Origin: Kondoa subrosea
Lineage: Eukaryota
Direction of reading: 5' to 3'
Assembly (NCBI GenBank): GCA_039545335.1
Contig: BCIN01000003.1
Coordinates: 62,001 to 126,000 of the forward strand
Length of the DNA: 64,000 bases
Shown in pieces: positions 38,192 to 52,855 of the stretch. The first letter of the stretch is position 1. Each line of letters opens with the position of its first letter. The position numbers and the translations under genes are program-made. Below the pieces are notes generated by a model. It was not told the DNA's origin. It ran no database searches and saw nothing but the letters and a program-made list of their open reading frames with translations.

Positions 38192-38737
38192 ATGATGGGC
38201 CAGCTCCATTCCAAGGTCTCCCATCCTCATCTCTTCATGGATCGTACCATCAATGGAGGGAAAGAAATGTATTCTCAAGAACCTCAAAGCGAACCAACTT
38301 TGGATATCGAGCATCATGCCGACCGAATAGCCAGACCATCTATAGAATCAAAGATTTCTGCATCTTCTAGTCAAACAGCTAAACCTGCACAGCCTCATCC
38401 TACCGATATTTGGCGTTGTCCTGATTCTGAAGGGATTTGGCATAGAGAGGCTTTCAATGTCAAAGTACGACTACCAGCTGGTCTCTACTACTGTCAGCGA
38501 CGCAAATTAGAAGTCATTGCTATCGTACGACATTCTCCAAGCTCAACTATCCCTCCAACTCATTACCTCGTTCGCTGCGTTACTGAAGATGGGCTAAGAT
38601 TGATGAGCGTCGAAAGCGTCAATACAGCCATCGATCATCCTAGAGCACGCAAGTATGCAGCAGAGAATGCAAAGACCTTCTCAAGTTTGAAACAAGGTTT
38701 ATTGTTACCCAAGAGTACTATGCAAGGGAAAGGCTGA
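38192..38737 (+). CDS. Hypothetical protein with a possible chromo/chromo-shadow-like C-terminal domain (start uncertain)
   Basis: 206-codon open frame in an otherwise unexplained interval. C-terminal pattern LEVIAIV...HYLVRC...LMSVESVN...Y. Confidence 0.5.
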   Translation: MMGQLHSKVSHPHLFMDRTINGGKEMYSQEPQSEPTLDIEHHADRIARPSIESKISASSSQTAKPAQPHPTDIWRCPDSEGIWHREAFNVKVRLPAGLYYCQRRKLEVIAIVRHSPSSTIPPTHYLVRCVTEDGLRLMSVESVNTAIDHPRARKYAAENAKTFSSLKQGLLLPKSTMQGKG

Positions 38738-39308
38738 AGCTCTGAAAGGATGTCATTGTATTATACTTGACACGAGTACATACGTGTTGTTGACCATTGT
38801 CAGAAGCTCATTCTTGCACATGCATCCCACGTAGAACAGCAGTAAATTGTAAGACCATGCTTCTTAACTCTTGAGAACGAGTATATATACCACTGAACTC
38901 CATTCCACTGTGCTACCTATGACTTTGTGAAGCGCCAAACTTGTTCAAGACAATCGCTTGCTGTCAAGAGTACAAGTTGCCTTACTTGAGCAGACGAAAC
39001 TGTGTCACTGCAGTGGGCAACGCGAGATTCGGGATCCAGGAAACTGTCTGCAAGTCTCGCCAGGCTACAAGCACCAGCACAAGACCAAGCAAGCGGGTGA
39101 CCTAATTACTTTTACGCAAATAGCATAAAACCAAGACAAAACTCTCCTCCGAGCTTTATTACTCAATCCCGCGCTCTGCTGCCAACCTCTTGAAAGCTGT
39201 GTTCTGGCTGTGAAGGCTACGATAGTAGCCAATAGCGAAGACATCGGCTGCCTGTGTTCTCTCACCTGAAGCAGTGCTCAAAGCGCTGTGCTTCCATTTC
39301 AAAAAGCA

Positions 39309-42300
39309 ATGCAGCAATACCCTACTTCATCCACAGCCTCTGGCAATGGCTTCTCTTACGATCCATCAAGGAAACCTCCAGCTCGTGGTCTTTCTCTGCT
39401 GGAAGACTGGCAACCAATTGCTGCAGAAGCTTTCGACGAAACGCCAGACTACGCTAGCAACATAGATCTAGACATTTCTGACTATCCTCCGGCATCCACT
39501 TACTCTCAAGCGCTCTTTCATCAGTCGATCGCAGCCTATCAACAACAGCAGCAGCAATTTCAACCCAATTCAGCTTTCCCTTTGAATCAGCAAACTCAGC
39601 CGGATCCCGCGCTAGGAGTTAACCTTTCGAGCCATACTACCGTGCGTAATTCAGACTCTCATCCTACTTCTTGCGCATCAGGTAGTCTACCATTCTTACT
39701 CAACATCACGTCAAATTCCAGCAATTCTGATCTGTATTCAATGATAGGCCCTCCTTCTACCTCATATCTTGACTTCCTCAACCATTCAAACTCCTCACAA
39801 CCTCATCTTCAGCAAGATCAAGCTCGAAATCCCTTTGCTCCGATCACTCCAGCTGACGCCAACAATCAGAATCCTTCCTCTAGCTTTGATCCTGATCTCT
39901 ATCTAAAGCAGCCGACCGAAGGCAACAATCTAGAGCAAGATCTAGTCAACCAGTGGGCTTTCTTGAGTAACGGACAAGTCAATCAGCAACAGCAACTTGA
40001 CCCAATCAATCGAAGCTATACTCCTTCTTATCATTCTCAATCCGATACTGGGTCTGCTTACGGAGACGCTCAAGCACCTCAATTCAACAGACTATCTCAT
40101 CCTGAAGCTTGGAGAGCAAGTAAGTCTAGCATTTTTTTGCCCTTTGTAATCTCGAAAGAAATGGTCTTCTGATTGCTTTCGCTCTGCCTCTTTTTAGCCT
40201 TCGGCCAAGAACTGATCGACTCTTTATCTGCTTATTCTGGATCATCTCGACCTCCTTCTGTTGCTGAATCCTCTTTCTTCGATACGCCTGATCTTCGAAG
40301 TCGAGAGTTGCCAGAAGCAGACATCCAAGATATTGATCATCAATTGTCTATGTTTGCTCCTTTAGGCGATCATAGCAATTACAACAACATTAATATCAAC
40401 GGCAACAACTTTTCTAAACCTATTCCTCTTCGAGCTGATAGTTTAATGGCTCTGCAAAGGAATTTTCAAGAGAAGGAAACCAGTCCATCAAGAGAAGCGA
40501 CTCTCCAAGCACCAATCATGGAAGATAAAACTCATCATGGTCCTTCTCTTCTAGGCAACACAGTCTTTGAATCGCCTGCTAATTCAGAAGAAGCTACTTC
40601 AGAGCACGATGAAGAGCTTCCTACAGCTAAACCTAAAGTTCAGAAACAATCTTCTTTGTTGGCAAAGTTGAATATCCCTGTTTCTGGTCCTTTGGCTCCG
40701 GCTGGTCATGGAGAAACTAGTCCGATGACAGGTGGAACGACTGCTGGACCTCGAACAGCTAAAGCGGGAGGTCGTAATGTTATTGAGCAAATGATTGCGG
40801 AAGCTGAGAAGGCTAGGAAGGTTCGTTCTTTCTTTTCCCCTTTGTTCGAGTATTTTTGAGCTGATCTTGGGTTGAACTTACAGGAACAAGCTGCTGCTGT
40901 TGAAGCTAAATCTCAAGCTGGCCTTTCATCATCTTCACAAATCCCTCAGCATTTTCCTGGTATCTTACCTATCAATCCTACAATCAATGACATCCAGAAT
41001 GATTTCCGTCGTCCACCTCAACGTCAACGCTCTCATTCCGAAGCAGATATTTCATTGCTCCAGCAACAACCACAGAACATGCATCATGATTGGAATCAAG
41101 TCCGTATGCCCGTTCGATTGCCCAGCTTTAGCGAATTAGGAGCAAGCATCGATCCGCATAACATCAACGTGAATGTTATGCAAACCTCTCCGGTACCCTC
41201 TCCTTCAATCTCATTCCTGCGTAAATCTAGTCAAGATGATGAGATGGAATCGCCTTATTCGTTACAAGATAGCATGCGTGATAGCTTGATTGGTCCTCGT
41301 CGACGATCTGCTGCTTCAGCTACGGGAAGACCTCAGTGGCCTTATGATGAACCGGACAGATCCTACAACCTAGGTCCGCGAGCCCATAGTGAAGAACAAC
41401 AGCATCAGCAACAACAACAGTTTAACCATCAAATGCACCAAAGTGTCTTTCCCAACTTTGATCCTCACAATATGCCTTACGGTATGGATGGAGCTCCACG
41501 ACTGTTGCCCGGTACTTTCTTGCCTCCACATATGATGCCTCAAACAGCTGCACCCGAACAACCACCATCTTTCGATTTCTCTACTCCAATGTTTTCTGAC
41601 CAACCTTTTCCTTACCCTTACAACTCAATGCAAATGCCTCCTCAACCTTCTTCTTCAGGTAGAGCAAGTCCAACTCATTCTAGTAGATCAAGTAAAGCTA
41701 GCGATGGTGCTGAAGTTATGGATAATCCTGCTCATTGGGAATCTCAAACTACTAAAGCTACTAAAATGGCTGCTGAAGCGAGAAGGAAACCAGGAACGGA
41801 TGCGAAGTTTAAGTGCGAGTATTGTGGAGAAACGTGAGTGTTCACTTTTATTTTCAAGGCCGAATGGTAGTTGACTCTTATAAACAGCTTCACTCGAGCG
41901 TACAACCTTAAGGGTCATTTGCGCGCGCACGTGAGGAGCCTCCTCAGTTCCAACTTCTGTTCGCTCATGTTTACGCTTCTTGACTGCCATAGAACGGGAT
42001 AAAGCGTAAGTTGTTTCCGTCAATGAGCTCGAGAGCTTCTCTGACAGTATTTGCCACAGCTTTCGTTTGCAATGAAGCTGGCTGCGATAAAGCTTTCGCT
42101 CGTGCACATGATTTGAAGCGTCATCGTAAGCTTATCATGATTTTCAGAAGTATACCTTACATGTTTCGCAGAAACACTGCACACGACGGTCAGCAAGTAT
42201 AAGTGTTTGGCTTGCGAGAGGTCATTCAAGCGACTCGATGCGTTGCAGCGACACCATCGAAGGTATTTCCATTTTCTATTTTGTCTGTCTGCTTCCTCTC

Positions 42301-42407
42301 CCCTTTTCTCATCTCTTCGAGTCTGCAGTGAGGCTGGTCAGAATTGCGTCGCAACTCTGGAGAATCAGCAGAATTTCAAGCCACACGAGAATGGAACAGT
42401 GAGGTGA
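39309..42407 (+). CDS. C2H2 zinc-finger transcription factor, Crz1-like (three C-terminal fingers)
   Basis: Long Q/S/P/N-rich region, then CEYCGETFTRAYNLKGHLRAH, CNEAGCDKAFARAHDLKRHQTLH, CLACERSFKRLDALQRHHRSEAG. Confidence 0.88.
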
Positions 42408-42612
42408 GCATTTATTCACTGTTCAGACCGCCTCTTTGATTCATCGCTTTTTGTCACAGGCAAATTGGCACTGTTCTGCTGTGATGTTCAGTACAGATTT
42501 TGTCATACTCCCATTGTAGCAGTACTTTAGATTTTCTACTAATATGTAACACTTCCTATAACAATTTGTGTAGCATGAAATTTAACCAGGGGAATCGATT
42601 TTAAATATCTTA

Positions 42613-43833
42613 TCACTTTGCTGGCTTTCTGTGCTTCTTGAAAGCGTCGGCGATCGTACTTCCCTTGGCCAAATCCTCTGCATCGGAGGATCAGTATTTG
42701 TAGATATACAGTCGACTAGAGCGAACTTTTGACTTTCGCATCCGATTCCGCAATTTCATCCGTTATTTCCAGCACCTTGTCCAATTCATGCAGAGGTATT
42801 ACAACCACACCGTTTACATCGCCAAAGATGATGTCCGTTCCATTGTATACAGTACAAGATGGGAAAGCTTTGGCTTCTTCTTCAGGTTTGAGAACGAAAG
42901 GATATTGAGGTTTGATTTCTAGATCAATTTCTACTGCTGATGCTCTAACGAAAGATTTTTGACCTAGAGTAGTCATACCACGAGCGAAAACCTAAGTTTT
43001 CAATCGATTAGCTTTCACCTATCTTTGAGAAATTGATCGCAGTTTTTACTCACTGGGAAATTGAGTCGTTCCATATCCTCAACATCTCCTACAAGTGACA
43101 ATCTTGTCAGCCAATGACATCCCGTGTGGTAAATAAGGAGACTCACGCATGTTCCCATCTATAACTATACCAGCTGCGCCTCTTATCTGAGCTCGTTCGG
43201 CTAGTAAACCACCTAGACAAGCATTCTTGAGATCTATTCTGTAGATTAGAATCTGTAAAGGAGAATTTGAGATTGAGTAATGATGAGACTCACGTCGAGG
43301 AGCTTGTACTACTGCTACTGCTCCATCAGGGATCATGTCGACCTAAAATTCCAATCAGCGAATACTTGAGAGCGCTTTTGAACGCTCGGGAACATACATA
43401 ATTACCTGATAGAGAGGGAGAAGTCTTATCTGACGCTTCGACCATTCTATCATCACCAAATGAGAACAAGAAAAACGCTTGGCATTCAAAGACAGACAGA
43501 CTTTACGGTAAAAGCTGGTCCGCAAAAAGGTAGCGCTTTGGAAGAGGGAGACGAAGAGATTGTTTGATGCTTGATATCTGGTAGAAGACCGCCATGCTTG
43601 TACCCTAAGTTGATAAGAGCATCCGATAACTATTGGCATGACAAGTATTTCAGAACAAGAGGGTAAGAAGATAGGGAATAGAAGGAGCGCACTTCACAAG
43701 TACTTGTACGCAGCAGTTTGTCCCTATGCGTTTGGGTGAAAGAAGACATAGCGCGACTTGGCAGTGTTCGACTTGATAGTGAAAGGACTCGAGTAGAAAT
43801 AGATGGAATGGACAGTACTCTCGCGGAGGGCAT
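42613..43833 (-). CDS. RraA-like / HMG-aldolase (DlpA-type) protein
   Basis: TCELSDAL, FCGPAFTV, NACLGGLLA, GIVIDGNMRD, DIIFGDVNGVVVIP. A second in-frame ATG lies at 43749. Confidence 0.88.
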
Positions 43834-44273
43834 ATAAAGCAAGGAATGGAGCTGTATACTTTGACTCTCAAGCAATTCCACTGGGTGGATGTCGTTTGTT
43901 GACAGGCTTCCCTTTCTTTTGTCGAGCAACGGTTCGCTGATAATACCCTATTCTGGTCTTGAGTCTATGAAGAGGCTGCAGCAAGTAGAGACTCTGATAT
44001 CCACCTTGACTTGACCTAAAGGCTATTACTGGATTTGCTCGAAGACGCTGCTATTTGGCTCGCTTGACCACTTGCCTTGCAATAACAAGACTCGTGATTT
44101 GCGCAAGATCTCCAGGGCTCACAGCAACGCTTTCGAGCCTCTTATTCTTCTGGATTGCGGCTTCATTTGCAAACAATTACTGCGGCCGCCATCCAGAACG
44201 ACAAGAGCCATAATTCTATTATATACTGTCTAGTCAATTTGACTCTCTGTGCTCATACTACACTCGATGTGCA

Positions 44274-47200
44274 ATGAACGAAGATGCTTCAATTACAAAT
44301 ACAAGAAACGGTCCTAGCATTCGAGATAGGAAGAAAGGCTCTGGCGATGTAGTTGGAGATTTCTTTGCTGCAAAGCGTCAAGCTACCAAGTGAGACTTAC
44401 TCGCTACGAAATCCTTGATCGACCAACTGATCATTCATGTTTACAAGAGCCGCTCGTGCTAAAGCGAGTTCTGCTGAACCTTCTCCTACAACGCCAGTCC
44501 CTGTTACACCTGTAGCAAATCCTTCACCTATCAACGTCTCGCAGGACGTGCCTGTTGTCCATGATAAATCGCCTGAGAAACAAGTCAAGCCTGTTGAAGC
44601 CAAACCTCTGGTAGTCAAGCCCAATTCCGTTTTGCCCGCTCCAAAAAGACCTTCTACTCCAGCTCAACGTATAATCTCTCATCATACTTCCAATAGAGCA
44701 AGTCAAGGATCTGAAAAGAGGGCGCATTATGAAAAGCGTCGACCTGAAAATAAGGCTGTTTATCCTGGAGAGAAGACAAGCTACGATGTTGAATTTGATC
44801 GCAGAGCTTCAGCGGCTAATCCTTCGCCTTCCAAAACTGCTGCAAAAGAAAGGAAGATTGAAGAACAACGCATGTCTATTAGGAAGGAAAATAAACCTAT
44901 CAATGCAGGGAAAGCTTTGTTTGACCCTGGGAACAAAAGAGAACGCGGTCCTACTATAAGTCGACGTGGATCTAGTCACTCCTCTGTAGCGAAAACGGAT
45001 GAACGAGCTGAATTTCAACGGAACAATCCTTTGACGACTAAAACGGATCATGGTGAGGGTTCTGATTCAGCTATTGGCGGCACTACTACTACTTCTTCGC
45101 ACACCAAGAAATTGTATGACCATAGACAACAAGATCCAATTACTTTTAAAGCTGGCGGCAAGACTTTGGAGGAAATTTCAAACCCAGCTCTAACCCTGAC
45201 TGAATCTTCTTCCACTAACAAACAAGCTGACGAATCTTCAAACTCTTCAGATGGTAAACATCCTGTGGTGGAAAGGATCAAGAAAGCTTACAAGCGAGTT
45301 ATGGAACTGGAAGGACAACGATTAGCTGAAGCGGAATCCGAACAGCAAAGCAAAGCGGAAAGCGGCTTCAAGAGGAGTTCAGACAGCTCAGAGCCTGTTG
45401 TACTGCTTGCTGGTCAGGAAGCACAGCTGCAACAGGCTCACCATGCTAGAGATGATGCATATTGGATAGATCAGGTCAACAAACACAAAGAGTGAGTTAG
45501 AGCAATCAATCGTTAGGTAGTAGCTGACATCCTGGCATAGACTTGCTGAAGCTCACCACAAATTCTTGCTCCTGTCTCTTGATCCTCGACTACCACCTTC
45601 TCTCCATGCTTTGCCTCAGAAGTATAACATCCCTAGTAAACTATGGCAAAACGGTTTCCATCTCTTGCTCGAAAGGATGCGTCACGCTGTGCCGACTTCA
45701 TCAGAAGGAGATGCACCAACTCAACATTTGCTAGAACACTGGATTGATTTCATTCAATTCGCTTATGCTTTCTACACCCACTTATACGAAGAAGATTCAC
45801 TTCAACCTTTCAAACATGTTTGGTTAGAACAATTGGGAGATTTAGCTCGTTATCGAATGGCTGTAGTTGGTATGGTTACAAGAATGACCAACCGGAAATC
45901 AGCACCAGGTCAAGAATTATCTTTAGGTCATGTGAAAGAATTACCTACTGCTGTCAAACCAGCTGCGAGAATTGATGATGAGGAAGAAGAATCAGTACCG
46001 CTACCTTCTATTGGTGATGCTGCTTTGAATGATTGGGATGTGGAAGATCATGAAGTTTGGAAAACGTTGGCTATTGAATGGTATGGGAAAGGATTGGCTG
46101 AAGCTCCTGGTACTGGTCGATTACATCATCATTTGGCTTTACTCTGTAGAGGAGACGATATGAGAACGCTCTACCATTTCTGTCGAAGGTTAGTGGAAAG
46201 CTTAACATTTGCCATCGAGCTGAGCTGAAATTGATCATGAAAAGTTTGACTGCTTCGCATCCCTTTCAATCTGCTCGAGAATCGGTTCTGCCTCTGTTCC
46301 AAATGGAACATCAAATTCGTCGTTCTCAACCAGAAGCTTCTCTGCTTGATCTCTTTGTTCACCTTCATGGCATGCTCTTCACTCGGATTGGTCTCGACGA
46401 TTTCGATTCCGTTCTAGCGAGATTTGTAGAGAAATTAGAAGAAGCTCAACTGCTGCAATCCGCTTCAGACAATCATCGTTCTCAGCTCGACTCATCGAAT
46501 TGGATCATGATGGGCGTGATCAACGTATCTGCTTGTTTGCAATACGGTAGCGATGAAAGTGTTTTGAGGAAAGCTATGAACAAAGACTCGGCTACTGACA
46601 AGGCATCCAAACAAAGTGGTCTAGCACCTCAAGCTCTGATGATCAATCCTCTCAAAACAAGATCACCTGAACTTCAACCTGCGACTTTACCCGCTGCCAT
46701 CGCGAGCGGTGACGAAGGGGCAGCACAAGCAGAGGCAAATATACGTCGACTTCGCGTATCGGAAGATGAACCAACGGATACACCAAGCGCTTTCACTTTG
46801 GCTTGCAAGCTCACCGCTCAATTGCTGAATTTTACTCTTCTGCAAACCAAGAATTCTACCGAATTGATGCCTTACATATCGATCATCCTCACTTTCTTCG
46901 CGCAAATTTCGCAACAGGCCAATGCTTTCTCTCTCGTCGAAAGATCTGTTCCTTGGCGCAATTTGACAGCTTTCTTCAATTCTATCAAGAACACTGCTGA
47001 CTTGAAAGAAGACGCTCAAATGAAATTTTCTGGTCCACCTTTGCCTGAAGATTGGTGCTTGCGAGGTAGCGAATGGACAGGCAAACAACTTTTCGGTGGA
47101 AGAGCTTATTGGAAACAAGCCAAACCTAATTTTCCCAGCAGCGAAATTTCTGTTCTTGCTCATACAGAAGAAGTCGCCTCCCCTCCGAATGCAGCTCCTC

Positions 47201-48252
47201 CGAACTCTACAATCGGAGGAGTCAATCAAACGGAAATAGAAGAAGTCAAGTTGCGCTGGAAAAGAATTGCCTTGGACGCTAGTTGCATGGCAAAAGCTAT
47301 TCCTGGGCTAAATCTCAACCCTCATGCGACCAACGGCACTCCTTTCCGCATTACTGATTTCTTAAAATCCAAACTTGATGAATGGCAAGCTGAAGATTAC
47401 GCTAAAGCACAAGCTTTGGCTGCAAAATCCGTTCCTCGGGCTCGTTGGGTAGCTGATGAAGACGAGGCAGTGGATAGTGAGGACGTAGAATCGGAAGAGG
47501 AAGAAGATTTGGATGATCCAAATGATTCACCTGAAATGAGGCAGCTCAAAGTGAGTGTTGCTGTGTCTCGGGAAATTTACTAGAGCTGATGGTTATATTG
47601 TTAGCTACGCCGTCGAGAGCTTCTCGCTACGTTGCGTGAAGCTAAGCGCAGAGCAAACTCGAATGCTGCTATTCGGACTGGCAAGAAAACAAAGCGTGTT
47701 GTTCAAGTCGTTCCAGGCTACACCATGCTCGTCTTCGATACTAATGTCGTTCTGAACTCTCTTGAGCTATTCTCGTCGATCCTAGAAAGTCAACAATGGA
47801 CTCTTGTCGTTCCTCTTGTCGTGCTCACCGAATTGGATGGTCTCCGAAATCAGGATTCCGATATCGGTCGCCTGGCTTCTTCTGCTATTCTGTATCTTGA
47901 GAACAAGATCAAAACCCATGGCCTGTTTCTCAAGATTCAGACTAGCAGAGGCAACTATTTGACCGATATCAATATCCGAAAAGAAGAGATTGATTTCACT
48001 TCTTCCAACGCACAAAATATGGACGATATCATCTTACGAGCAAGTGTTTGGCAATCTGAACATTTCGTCAACCGTCTCAATATCGTTTGGCCCAACCGAA
48101 CAGACAAAACACCAGTACCTGAAACAGCTAGCAAAGTCGCTCTATTGACGTTCGATATGAATCTGAGATTGAAAGCTAGAGCTAGAGGATTGGATGTGCT
48201 TGGCGAAAAGGAAATGCTTCACTTGATGGATCATCGAAAACCAAATGGCTGA
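44274..48252 (+). CDS. Est1/SMG6-like protein (14-3-3-like Est1 domain + PIN endonuclease)
   Basis: WLEQLGDLARYRM, PGTGRLHHHLA, PLPEDWCLRGSEW. PIN motifs VFDTNV, ELDGL, MDDIIL, LTFDMNLRLKA. Confidence 0.9.
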
Positions 48253-48587
48253 AGAGAACCTGAATATTGGCCTATAATCTTTCAATCCTTGCTCTTATGC
48301 AGAGCACAGGCAAGAGCACTCGAATGAGCAAGTGTTGCCGTAAGCGGAAATCCTCAAGGGCCGTTTCCAATGAGCTTCGAGCCTTCGAAGGTCGAAGAGA
48401 AGAAGAAGATCGTAAGTTACGCGCTCGATCGGGAGGCAAGTCACTGGTAGTGATCACTGGACGATGTGTAGTGTGTTGTAATGAGCTGTATGATGCGCTG
48501 TTATCCGCCACGGATTTGGCCCAAATGCAAGGCGAGTCCAAAGTGTGAACTGAAGCGTCCATATTCTCGCGACCCAAGTGCTCCAAG

Positions 48588-50608
<2,021 letters not shown>

Positions 50609-50915
50609 GTAGTAAAGAGAAGAGATAAGGAGAATATTGGAATAGGAAGAAAACGGAAAAAAAGTAAGAGCACGGAGGAAAGACAAAATCATTGCATTCA
50701 CTGTTATCGTTCCTTCCTTTTCGCTCTGCGGCTCTCTGCAGTCTGCTCTTTCGATCTGTTGTTTTCCGAGCGCGCATTCACCGATCCCTGAAATCTGCTA
50801 ACTCGGGCTTTTCTTATTTTCTTCCTTGCGCATTCAGTAAGCCTTGCAATACGTATGAGCAAGTGTGAGAATATGCAATATGCAGAATGCGATGCGACAA
50901 TAGGTATACAAGCAT

Positions 50916-52346
50916 CTAATCTAGAACAGCATACTTTCTCAATTCCGCTGGAATGGCATCTGTCAAGTTTTTGCTCGCGAGCCATTTCTTGCTAAACAGT
51001 CGGGTCTGATATCTGTGCAAGTAATCTGAGCACAGTCGGAAGTTGGTAGTCTTGCGCTTACCTATAAGCTGCATCACACAAAATCGTAACGACTTTGCTC
51101 CCTTTGCCTAGCCTTTGAGCCATCTCTGCCGCTGCACATACATTCAAAGCGCTACTCGCACCCATGTACAGCCCTTCTTCGTCCAGCAAACGGTAAACCA
51201 TTTCGATTGTCTTCTCATCCGGAATCGTGAAAGCATCATCCATGAGTCCAATCTCTTGCCTCATGTTTTCCGTCACTCTTCCTTGACCGATGCCTTCCGT
51301 TATACTACCTCCTGATCGTTCTTTGAGCTGACCACCACTTTGAACATAGCTAGTCAAAACGCTGCCAGGCGGATCGGCGAGGAAGACTTTGACTTTGCTT
51401 CCCAGGTTATCTTTGAGTACTCGAGCTACGCCAGCCATTGTTCCACCTGTACCGGAAGCGCAAGTGAAACCATCTAATTCATAATTTGTCTGTTCTAGGA
51501 TTTCAGGTCCAGTAGTTTCGATGTGTGCTCGTCGATTAGCTGTATTATCGAATTGATTTGTCCATACTGCATTGTCCAGCTTCTCGGCGTGTCTTTTGGC
51601 TTCTGTGGAGTCGCGTCTGTATTAAGCCACATATGGCATAAAGCGTCAAGTGAACGCACGATGGTTGTAGTTTTCGGGGTTTTCGAAAGCTACTGCTGGA
51701 ACAGGGTAGACTTCTGCACCAAGCATACGAAGAAGATCAATCTTTTCTTGACTTTGAGTCTTTGCGATCCAACATTGGTCAGACGACCTCCAATTACAGA
51801 AGAAAAGCTCACATTTGGCATATAGATGACACATTTGTAGCCCTTGCTTCTGCATACGTGCTGCACAGCGTCATATAAGCTGAGGGGTATAGCGAGTTCA
51901 AAGAATTGACTTACTGCCAAACCTATTCCAGTATTTCCTGCTGTACCTTCAACGATAGTACCGCCAGGCTTGATGAGGCCTTTGAGGTAGTGAGTGTGCT
52001 TTATTTAGCTAATCTGAATAGGGTTTATTCCGGGCTGACTCACCCTTCTCTTCGGCATCCTTAACTACATATAGAGCAGCTCTATCTTTCACACTACCAC
52101 CTGGATTCTGGAACTCTGCTTTGCCCAAGATATCACAGCCCAAACGATCAGATAAGCGATGAATGCGAATCTAAACAGAAAGAAACAAAATTGGCACAAA
52201 GCAAAAGAACAGAGATAGCAAAAGGAGAGAGCAAGTACGAGAGGAGTGTTGCCTATAGCACCAACGAAACCATTCACTATAGCTGGAGCTGGATTGGCCT
52301 GCGTCGCGAGTCTCCGCGTTATCAGTCGCGAAAGTGTCTTGGTCAT
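50916..52346 (-). CDS. Cysteine synthase (O-acetylserine sulfhydrylase), probably mitochondrial
   Basis: Presequence [38 protein letters not shown] (PLP Lys), [25 protein letters not shown]. Confidence 0.95.
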
Positions 52347-52855
52347 TTCGAGATGAACAAGAATCGGATTTTCATTTCGCTTTGTCTTATCATGTTACGC
52401 CTCATCTGCTTTTCTTACTGCCTTCGACACGAATCTTCATTGAATGCTATATCTCAATAATTGTAAATTCACTAAAAGCAGCGACATGTTCAGCAAACTT
52501 TGTCCTAGGGCCACTTCTATCTCGTCTTCTTGTCATGCCGCCTGTGCCTCTATGCCGACTGCAATGCGACCTTATCTTCATTGAGATTTCTTCATATGAA
52601 CAAGATAGCCTTTGTCTTGCTTCTCGTCTATCTTATCCTCCGTCCTGCTCCCCACAGCAAGATCATGCAGCCAAGCCTATATTGCACATGCAAACACTCT
52701 CTTATCGTGTGCTGCTTAAGGAACCCGATGCTTGCCGGCACTGCATGTGATGAGATTGTCCAAGTGGCTAAAGTCGCCAAGATCTGATCTGATGGACACT
52801 AACAATCTCCTCGTCTCTTCCTCCCAAACGCTATCAATCTTTCAAGTCTTCAGCT

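Noticed and set aside
46687..47229. Long antisense ORFs (also 14267-14695, 60559-60891 and others)
   Set aside because: Shadows of real coding exons on the opposite strand.
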